A stretch of 33,021 bases of DNA from a virus (lineage: Duplodnaviria > Heunggongvirae > Uroviricota > Caudoviricetes), in the IMG/VR virus record IMGVR_UViG_2651869781_000018. The stretch is one strand, 5' to 3'. Both the position numbers and the translations under genes were made by a program. Positions 26,236 through 33,021 of the stretch are shown here, piece by piece. The notes beneath the pieces are model-generated. The model did no database searches, was not told the origin of the DNA, and worked only from the letters and a program-made list of their open reading frames with translations. Position 1 is the stretch's first letter; each line of letters begins with the position of its first letter.

Positions 26236-29079
26236 TCAATCTTTATCGTAAAAACTGCCACGCCCGGCACGGGCGCGCCGTTCCATTTCTGCCCTGACCA
26301 TTTCACCGACCAGTTTCGCCAGTTCGCGGGGATTCTGCGTAACAACGTTATGCAGATGAACATGAATTTCACCGCCAAATCCTGAGGCAACAGGTTCCCG
26401 GTTACGCGAAGGTGTTGGGGCTGATGCCACTGGCGATCGTATGGCCTCCGCCACCGGGCGGGAGCTGGCCGCAACAACAGGGACCAGCGCCGGAGGCAGC
26501 GGGGCCGGAACCACAGGCGTGATATTAATTGCGGGGGCAGGCTTACTGACCTGCGCAATCTTCCGCTCCTGCCACTCCCCACGAACGGCAAGTGCGCGGG
26601 GCAGGTTCTTAAAGACAATATCGCCGGGGCCAATGCGTTTTTTCGTCTCATCAACCAGCTTACCTGTGTTATCAGCAATTTTGCTGAGTCTGCGTAGCGT
26701 ACCGGTATTGCTGTCTGTGAGCGGTTTGTTGTCTTTGGGTTTATCGCCTCCGGTGCCATTGCCATTTTCCACAGGCTTCGGCGGATTGATTTTCGCCAGG
26801 TCCCCCTGAAGCAAGGCAACCTTGTCCTGAAGAATGGCCGCACGCTGTGCGTCTTCGATTTTCTTGCGCGCCCTTTCCGCTTCATCCGGAAGCACACCAA
26901 GCTTTTCAAGTATCCACGCCAGCGTATCCAGCAACATTTTTGCAGGCGTCAGAACAAGCTGTAACGCACCCCCAAGAACGTTACCGAATACCTCGCCAGC
27001 ACTGGTGCATTTATCCAGCGTTTCCTTGCTGAACTCCATCGGTAACAGCAGCGATTTAAACCAGTTAAACACCTGGCTGATCCCGCTTCCGATTGCGTCA
27101 AAAACAGGGCCAAACCGTTCAAAGGTTTCGCGCAACGGGGCCAGTCGCTCCATAATCCCACTGAACACCCCGGCATAAAACGCCTTGATGGGTTCCCAGT
27201 ATTTCCAGATGAGAACCGCCGCAGCGACAAACGCTGCAGCAATCAACCCGACCGGACTGAACAGCGCCCCGATAGCGCCTCCCAGCAACGAGATGGAACC
27301 TGTTACCATTCCCCATAGTGCTGGCAGCACCCTGACGACATTCATTGATCCGGTCAGGAGAGAAAAACCAAGACGTAACGTGGCCAGTTTCCCGTGAAGC
27401 ACACCAATAACCAGCGACAACGAGCCAACCGTTGCAGTCATTGCCAGCAGCGCACCGCCTGCTATCAGCAGCTGGCGCGTCAGTACCGGATGAGCCTGCG
27501 CCAGCGCCGTCACCTTTGAAACTACCCGCGTGAGCCACTGCGTGACAGAACGCAGCGGGCCGTCAATCAGATCTGCAATGCGGATGCGCAACCCTTCCCA
27601 TGCACTGCTGAGTGATTTCAGATCGCCGTCAAGGTTGTTGGCCATAACCTTTGCCGTGCGTTCAGCCTCACCGCGCGCGCCTTCAAGTTCTTTTCTCAGT
27701 TTGGGTAAGGAGCCGTCACCTGCCGCATCAACGAGGGCCATAAATGATGTGAAAGCCTCTTCTCCGGCAATGTCCTTAAAGAACGATACCCGGTCAACTT
27801 CCCCGTATTTGCGGGTGGCTTTATAAAGGTCGGCCAGCACATCCTCCATCGGGCGCATTTTGCCGTTCGCATCAGAGACGGACACACCCAGCTCTTTCAG
27901 CGCTTCTGCTGCCGCCTTTGGCGGTGATGCCAGACGAGCCAGGCTGGCACGCATTGCCGTCCCGGCATCACTCCCTCTGATGCCCATATTCGCCAGCACG
28001 CCCGCCATCGCTGCGGCCTGCTCCAGCGATATTCCCAGCTTACCCGCCACCGGACCTGCATATTTCATGGTTTCGCCCAGTGCGCGAAGGTCAGTGTTGG
28101 TACGGGTAAACGCTGCGGTGAGTGTGTCACCAACCCGGTCCATCTGGTCAGCAGAAAGGCCGAACTGCGTCAGGATATTTGAGCCAATATCCGCCGTCTC
28201 GCCGAGATCCATGCCGCCAGCCGTTGCCATGCTCAGCACGCCCGGAAGCGCAGCCTGAATGGCCTGCGGAGTGAAGCCAGCCATTGCAAGAAATGCCTGC
28301 CCACTGGCGGCATCGCCTGCGGTGAACTGCGTTTCAGAGCCAAGTTTTAACGCCTGCTCACGCAGCGCCTTAAACTGCGGGCTGTTCTGGTCGATTCGCG
28401 TCAGTGCCTGAACGCGGGACATCTCTTTCCCGAACCCGATCGCAGGCTGCAAAAAACGCCCGGCAGCATAGCCGCTAGCCGCTGCCGCACCAATTGCCAG
28501 CGCACCACCTGTTTTCAGTTTTCCCGCGGTTTCCTGCGCGCGCGAATACCGCTCACGCGCACGTGTTACACGCGCAAGCGCCTGCCGTTCGCGTTCAAGC
28601 TGGTTGTTGTACTGTTCGGTGCGTCTGATGGCCTGCTGGATGGTGTTATCGCTGCCTGTCAGGGAAATGCCGTGGCGTTTCAGCTCTCCGCCAAGCTCCC
28701 GCATTTTCTGAATTTCCCGTGTACGCGATTCATTCAGGCGTTCAAGCCGGGTGCTTAACTGCTGCATCAGCTTTTGTTGTTTTTCGCTGAGCACTGTACC
28801 CGTGCGTTGTAACTGATTAAGGGCGTTAAGCTGGCGTCGTGCTTTCACGATGCCCGCATCCGCTTTACTGACAGCGTCACGGGCGCGCTCAAATGAACGC
28901 GCCTGACGCTCGAGATTTTTGATCGCCCCCTGCGTTCGCTGGATGGAGTCACCAAACTGCCCCATCAGGCGGCGGGCGTTTTCGGCAGGTCGGGTCAGCC
29001 TGTCAACGGCGCTGAAAGCGACCCGGATATCAAGAGTCTTCATTGTCTGCATTCCCGCTGCGAAGTGCCGCCCGCTCAC
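26236..29079 (-). CDS. T: Tail tape measure protein T
   Basis: 947 aa, alpha-helical/coiled-coil N-terminal half, Ala/Gly-rich hydrophobic middle segment; downstream of the E/E' frameshift pair. Confidence 0.85.
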   Translation of the reverse strand: MSGRHFAAGMQTMKTLDIRVAFSAVDRLTRPAENARRLMGQFGDSIQRTQGAIKNLERQARSFERARDAVSKADAGIVKARRQLNALNQLQRTGTVLSEKQQKLMQQLSTRLERLNESRTREIQKMRELGGELKRHGISLTGSDNTIQQAIRRTEQYNNQLERERQALARVTRARERYSRAQETAGKLKTGGALAIGAAAASGYAAGRFLQPAIGFGKEMSRVQALTRIDQNSPQFKALREQALKLGSETQFTAGDAASGQAFLAMAGFTPQAIQAALPGVLSMATAGGMDLGETADIGSNILTQFGLSADQMDRVGDTLTAAFTRTNTDLRALGETMKYAGPVAGKLGISLEQAAAMAGVLANMGIRGSDAGTAMRASLARLASPPKAAAEALKELGVSVSDANGKMRPMEDVLADLYKATRKYGEVDRVSFFKDIAGEEAFTSFMALVDAAGDGSLPKLRKELEGARGEAERTAKVMANNLDGDLKSLSSAWEGLRIRIADLIDGPLRSVTQWLTRVVSKVTALAQAHPVLTRQLLIAGGALLAMTATVGSLSLVIGVLHGKLATLRLGFSLLTGSMNVVRVLPALWGMVTGSISLLGGAIGALFSPVGLIAAAFVAAAVLIWKYWEPIKAFYAGVFSGIMERLAPLRETFERFGPVFDAIGSGISQVFNWFKSLLLPMEFSKETLDKCTSAGEVFGNVLGGALQLVLTPAKMLLDTLAWILEKLGVLPDEAERARKKIEDAQRAAILQDKVALLQGDLAKINPPKPVENGNGTGGDKPKDNKPLTDSNTGTLRRLSKIADNTGKLVDETKKRIGPGDIVFKNLPRALAVRGEWQERKIAQVSKPAPAINITPVVPAPLPPALVPVVAASSRPVAEAIRSPVASAPTPSRNREPVASGFGGEIHVHLHNVVTQNPRELAKLVGEMVRAEMERRARAGRGSFYDKD

Positions 29080-29559
29080 GCCAGCTAACCACTTCGCCGG
29101 GCGTCATCATGAAGATTTCGGCGGGCGACCAGTTAAAAATAACGGCAATATCTGCCACAAAGTCTTCTATGTGCTCAAAGCACACAACCGTGATCAGGCT
29201 TCCGTCGCCTGTTCGTTCTTCCCGCCAGAGTCCGCACCGCTCAAAAAATTTACGGCAACCACACATAACTGAATAAAGTCACGGGATGCCATTTTTTTGA
29301 TCGTCACTTCATCCAGTCGCGGTGATGTCACGCGTGACAGCAGCGTAAACATGGATTCCGCTTTCAGATTCAGCACATCAGACAGCGACAAATCTCGCAG
29401 AGATCCAGCCTGCTCAATAGCCCCGGTGATCTCCACATACGTGATTTTTTCGCCGCCTCGCTCAATGGGTTGGGTAAGTTTTACGCCACGCTCACTGGTT
29501 TCTTTCACAGTGTCAGCAACTACCGTGTTTTCGGTATCGATGTTTTTCGTCTCTTTCAT
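29030..29559 (-). CDS. E: Tail assembly chaperone pair: E (29194..29559) and the -1 frameshift product E+E' (slip near 29241..29247, extension to 29030)
   Basis: Minus-strand slippery heptamer T TTT TTG (plus-strand CAAAAAA at 29241..29247) lies in the E frame (..VAVNFL..); slipping -1 joins exactly to the overlapping ORF frame (..KFFERCGLW..), as in the P2 E/E' pair. Confidence 0.75.
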
Positions 29560-29613
29560 CAGGAAACTCCTTTCAGTCAGAGGCGACGCACTGCGCCGCC
29601 TGCATATTACTTA

Positions 29614-30126
29614 TCAGCCAAGCCCAAGCGCGGAACGGATGCGATCGGGCACAATGTCCTTGCCGTCCTTCCGGTAAATGAAGTTCAGCAGGTCAATCTC
29701 CCACAACGGACGATCGTTAACACTCAGCTTGTAGTAGGTGTTTTTAATGGCGTAAGTGTGTGATGTGGCTTCGCCCTGTTTGGCTTCCCCCATATCAATT
29801 TCCGTCACACGTCCGCGCATTTCGACTTCATACAGGTCGCTTTCTGCATCGGTGTAGTATTCACCCGCAAAACGCAGCAGCGTGCCGTCAATCGTGCCGC
29901 CATACTTAAGGAACAGCGCACGAACTGCGCCCCCCATGACAAAGCTCGCATCAAGCGCGGAGTCGTCCAGACCGAGATCAATACTTACCGCCCCCATCAT
30001 GCCACCACCCCGATAGCTGTCGGTTTTGCGCGTCAGTTTGGGCAGAGTGACGGACGTCACCTTACCCACTTCGTTTTCACCATCCACAAACAGCGTAAAA
30101 AAGCGAAGATGTTTTGGCACAGCCAT
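29614..30126 (-). CDS. FII: Tail tube protein FII
   Basis: 170 aa; between sheath and E on the same strand. Confidence 0.85.
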   Translation of the reverse strand: MAVPKHLRFFTLFVDGENEVGKVTSVTLPKLTRKTDSYRGGGMMGAVSIDLGLDDSALDASFVMGGAVRALFLKYGGTIDGTLLRFAGEYYTDAESDLYEVEMRGRVTEIDMGEAKQGEATSHTYAIKNTYYKLSVNDRPLWEIDLLNFIYRKDGKDIVPDRIRSALGLG

Positions 30127-31310
30127 CAGGCACCTCCCAGCACCGCAAATGCGGGTTCAAAGTATTCATCAGTAAACGTCTGGTAAAGCTCCATGTCTTC
30201 CAGTGGCGGAACGGGCGTATATTTGTAGCGAATACGCACACGCCCCTGACGTAAATCCGTGGTGCTGTTATCCACCACGTCATACCAGCACTCCGCGCCA
30301 ATCAGTTTCCCGGCAGTCACCAGTGAATCCAGTTTTGCCCTGATGGCACTGATAACATCCTTCACGTTCGCAGGCGTCAGTGGACTGTCGATGGTTTCAA
30401 ACTGCGCTTCCGCAATTGAATCAGCCAGCACCTGTGCGGTTCGGGTATACACCTCAAAGATGTAGGCGTTCGTTTCCGGTGTGCGGTTGCCCCAGAAGCG
30501 GAACCCGTTGCGACGAATAATGGTCGTGATTTCTTTGTTGTTGAGGCTGTTGGCATCACTGTCTTCGGCCTGCAACGACCAGAACACATGCCTAGACATC
30601 CCCAGCACATTTTTAACCGGAACGTTGGACAGCGATTTGTGCCAGCCCTGTTCATGGTCAATGTACGCACGAAGGCCGCACGCATAGGCAGGCGCGGGGA
30701 ACGTTTCGTTTTCGCCACTTTTCGGGTTGTAGGCGATGAAGTCCGGCCATAAGAGCATCACTTCACGTTCGTTGAATTTCTGGCGGTAGGTAATCGCTTC
30801 AGCCATCGTGTTACAGCCGTGACATGAGGCATACACAAATGCGCGCAGTTTACCCGCAATCACGCACAGGGATTTTGTCACCGCCTCCGTGTCCAGCTCC
30901 GGCGCGGCCAGAATACGCGGACGGTATCCGATGCTTTCATCCAGCTCTGCAACAAGCAGCGCATACATCCCCGTATAGCTGCCGTCATCCTCAGAACCAC
31001 CGATAACCAGTTGATCCTGCGTCTTTTCGTCTTCTTCTTTGTGTTCAGCCACGCGAACGACGATCACCTTTGTGCTCACCTGGTCTGCGATGGCCTTAAG
31101 CGCACGATAAAGCGTCCCCGTTGTTCCGCATTTTCCCAGCACGTCATTGACGCGGGTCAGCAGTGTGGGCTTGTTCAGCGGGAACAGCTTCGCGTCCGCA
31201 TCATCCGCCGTTGCCACGATACCGATAACGCTGGAATCAACATCGTTAATCGCTGTTACCAGGTCGGTATTTTCCGTAACACGGGCACCATGAAAACGAG
31301 TTTCACTCAT
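30126..31310 (-). CDS. FI: Contractile tail sheath protein FI
   Basis: 394 aa; motifs FPLNKP, LRAF.Y, WPDF, GWHK.LSNV, RR.GFRFWGNRT, YTRTAQV, Y.YTPVPPLE match P2 FI as remembered. Confidence 0.9.
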   Translation of the reverse strand: MSETRFHGARVTENTDLVTAINDVDSSVIGIVATADDADAKLFPLNKPTLLTRVNDVLGKCGTTGTLYRALKAIADQVSTKVIVVRVAEHKEEDEKTQDQLVIGGSEDDGSYTGMYALLVAELDESIGYRPRILAAPELDTEAVTKSLCVIAGKLRAFVYASCHGCNTMAEAITYRQKFNEREVMLLWPDFIAYNPKSGENETFPAPAYACGLRAYIDHEQGWHKSLSNVPVKNVLGMSRHVFWSLQAEDSDANSLNNKEITTIIRRNGFRFWGNRTPETNAYIFEVYTRTAQVLADSIAEAQFETIDSPLTPANVKDVISAIRAKLDSLVTAGKLIGAECWYDVVDNSTTDLRQGRVRIRYKYTPVPPLEDMELYQTFTDEYFEPAFAVLGGA

Positions 31311-31467
31311 AGCTTCAGCCCCTTGTATCCGTTAAATGATTCGGCAACAATCATCACCCACCACGCGCGTAATCTCACCCCTGCGCCGTTCTCCCGCCAC
31401 GGCGACAACAAAAAGCAGTAACCCCCTCCGCACGCACATGCGACCATGCCACACAGGGAGGGAGCAG
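31311..31467. promoter_or_regulatory. Divergent intergenic region between the FI (minus) and D (plus) start codons; must carry promoter(s) for both
   Basis: Inferred from gene arrangement; no promoter hexamers or Ogr-type TGT-N12-ACA site could be assigned confidently by eye. Confidence 0.3.
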
Positions 31468-32577
31468 ATGACCGACACCACCATGCAATTGCTCAGTCAG
31501 GGCACAGACCCCGTGAAAATGCCGGATTTTGATATTCTCGCCGAGGGTAAAACGCTGTCCGGCGTGGCAGAACGCCTGATGAGCCTGTCACTGACCGACA
31601 ACCGGGGATTTGAGGCGGACCAGCTCACCATCACGCTGGATGATGCCGATGGCCAGTTGCAGCTACCGCCACGGGGCGCGCGTCTGACGGTTCTCATTGG
31701 CTGGAAAGGGGAACCGCTGACAGAAAAAGGCACTTACATTGTTGATGAAATCGCTCACGAAGGACCGCCGGACAGGCTGACTGTTTCAGCCAGAAGCGCA
31801 GATTTTCGGGATGAATTTAACGTTAAACGTGAGGTGTCCTGGCATGATGTGACCGTTGAGCGTGTGGTATCCGCCATCGCTCATCGGTATGGTCTGAAAC
31901 CGCAAATCAGCGAAATGCTGATGGATATCGAAATCGACCACGCCGACCAGACCGAAGAAAGCGACATGTCCTTCCTTACGCGCATGGCGGAAATGCTGGG
32001 CGCAATCACCACGGTAAAAAGCGGTAATCTGTTATTCATCATGCCCGGTGGTGGCGTGAACGCACAGGGCCAGCCGTTGCCCTCGTTCGCCATCACACGC
32101 AACAGCGGCGATCGCCATCAGTTCCGCATTGCTGACCGCGAAGCGTATACGGGGGTACGCGCTTACTGGCTTGATCTTAATTACGGGAAAAAGAAAAAAG
32201 TCAGCGTGAAACGCCGCAAACCGTCAAAACCAAAAAAGGAGAAAAGCAGCAGCCGGGAAGGCGACTATATGGAAGGTGCGGAAGGCAACGTGTTTGTGTT
32301 ACGCAAAACTTATCAGAACGAGCAGGCAGCAAGACGCGCAGCGGCGGCAAAGTGGCAGCAGCTACAACGCGGAGCCGCATCATTCTCCATCACGCTGGCG
32401 CGTGGACGTGCAGAACTCTACCCCGAAATGCATGGCACGGTAACAGGATTTAAAAACGAGATTGATAATCAGGACTGGATTATTGCAAAAGCCGAGCACA
32501 CCATTGATAACAGCGGCTTTACCACGCAGCTTGAGCTTGAGGCAAAAATCCCGGAATGGATAGCAGAAACAGAGTGA
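31468..32577 (+). CDS. D: Late control / tail protein D (gpD)
   Basis: Start MTDTTMQ with GGGAGGGAG RBS; LTDNRGFEADQL, SARSADFR, ESD.SFLTRMAE, GDRH.F.IADR.AYTGV, EGDYMEG..NVF, SGFTTQLELE match P2 D as remembered. Confidence 0.85.
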   Translation: MTDTTMQLLSQGTDPVKMPDFDILAEGKTLSGVAERLMSLSLTDNRGFEADQLTITLDDADGQLQLPPRGARLTVLIGWKGEPLTEKGTYIVDEIAHEGPPDRLTVSARSADFRDEFNVKREVSWHDVTVERVVSAIAHRYGLKPQISEMLMDIEIDHADQTEESDMSFLTRMAEMLGAITTVKSGNLLFIMPGGGVNAQGQPLPSFAITRNSGDRHQFRIADREAYTGVRAYWLDLNYGKKKKVSVKRRKPSKPKKEKSSSREGDYMEGAEGNVFVLRKTYQNEQAARRAAAAKWQQLQRGAASFSITLARGRAELYPEMHGTVTGFKNEIDNQDWIIAKAEHTIDNSGFTTQLELEAKIPEWIAETE

Positions 32578-32645
32578 GCAACTTAGACATATTAGCTCAA
32601 ACTTAAACTGGCAAGTTTACAGTATAGAATTAAACATAAACGACG

Positions 32646-32675
32646 GTCCGCTCCGTGTCAGAAGCGGACTTTGTC
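32646..32675. terminator. Hairpin (GTCCGCT-N10-AGCGGAC) with flanking T-rich runs between convergent D and the truncated AT-rich gene
   Basis: 7-bp inverted repeat followed by TTTGT on the plus strand. Confidence 0.4.
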
Positions 32676-32697
32676 ATCCCTATGTAAGGTTGATTGC

Positions 32698-33021
32698 TTA
32701 ATACGCATTTAATTTAAATTTGTATTTGCCTTCTATGTAATGGATAAATTCAATTATGCTTTTTTCTATCGCATCTAATATATGAATATATCCATCCCGA
32801 TTTAAGGTCCTATCCAACTCAAAGTGATGAACTATCCCATGTCTATATTGTATGATTTCAGAAATTCGATTCTCAAGAAAATCAACTGATTTTCCAATTC
32901 TTTTTTTCTTATAAAGAATCGCTCTCACATCTATATCCAGCCACTCTTTATATGCTTTGTTTAGGTGGGTTAAGTTTTGAAAAGTGTAATTTCTTGCAAT
33001 AACACTTTCTATTGAAATATT
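32698..33021 (-). CDS. 3' portion of a foreign-looking, AT-rich gene truncated by the window edge; C-terminal region carries an R-x4-H (HEPN-like) motif
   Basis: Minus-strand frame stays open from the stop at 32698 to the window end (manual translation ...NISIESVIARNYTFQNLTHLNKAYKEWLDIDVRAILYKKKRIGKSVDFLENRISEIIQYRHGIVHHFELDR...), so the annotated GTG start at 32928 is not the real start; composition visibly much more AT-rich than the prophage. Confidence 0.45.
   Translation of the reverse strand, partial: NISIESVIARNYTFQNLTHLNKAYKEWLDIDVRAILYKKKRIGKSVDFLENRISEIIQYRHGIVHHFELDRTLNRDGYIHILDAIEKSIIEFIHYIEGKYKFKLNAY

Larger units (their letters stand above)
1..32577. mobile_element. P2-family prophage, near complete (int through gene D); attL, attR and ogr not visible in window
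   Basis: Colinear set of proteins recognisable as P2 Int, C, Cox, A, Q, P, O, N, M, L, X, lysis, R, S, V, W, J, I, H, G, FI, FII, E/E', T, U, D by remembered sequence motifs; prophage-type order with int at one end and D at the other. Confidence 0.85.

Noticed and set aside
26220-26909. 229-aa minus-strand ORF overlapping the 3' part of the tape measure gene in another frame
   Set aside because: Same strand but out of frame with T and fully contained within it; Arg/Pro-rich; no reason to prefer it over the continuous 947-aa tape measure ORF.
31290-31310. Weak gix-like core (AAAC-GA-GTTT) at the FI start codon as a possible secondary invertase site explaining the FI-U block inversion
   Set aside because: Only a short partial match lacking the flanking conserved half-sites, and it lies inside coding sequence; mentioned as a hypothesis in the findings but not annotated as a site.
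1-33021. CRISPR arrays, tRNA or rRNA genes, and insertion sequences
   Set aside because: No array of short regularly spaced direct repeats, no cloverleaf-like tRNA candidates and no transposase-like ORFs or terminal inverted repeats were seen on reading the sequence.

Overview
The window is almost entirely one P2-family (Peduovirus-like) temperate prophage of an enterobacterial host, running from the integrase stop codon at position 1 to the late gene D (ends 32577). Identifications come from reading the translated ORFs against remembered P2/186/Mu/R1 proteins; no database search was run, and hand-indexed coordinates may be off by 1-3 nt. The gene order is int, C repressor, cox, a run of small early ORFs, replication initiator A, a cargo island, cos region, then the late genes Q, P, O, N, M, L, X, lysis cassette, R, S, V, W, J, I, H, G. 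The most interesting features are: (1) an R1-type parM/parR actin-like partition cassette, with upstream direct repeats, in the A-to-cos slot where P2 carries tin/old; (2) next to it, a promoter with a highly structured leader or small RNA and an unassigned 89-aa gene; (3) a Mu G-segment-like invertible tail-fibre cassette (G', H') with a Gin/Pin-family invertase and two inverted 26-bp crossover sites; (4) the tail block FI-FII-E-T-U lies on the opposite strand to gene D, unlike canonical P2 order; (5) no ogr is seen after D, where a visibly AT-rich stretch carries the 3' end of a foreign-looking gene with a HEPN-like R-x4-H motif, cut by the window edge. No rRNA, tRNA or CRISPR array was recognised.
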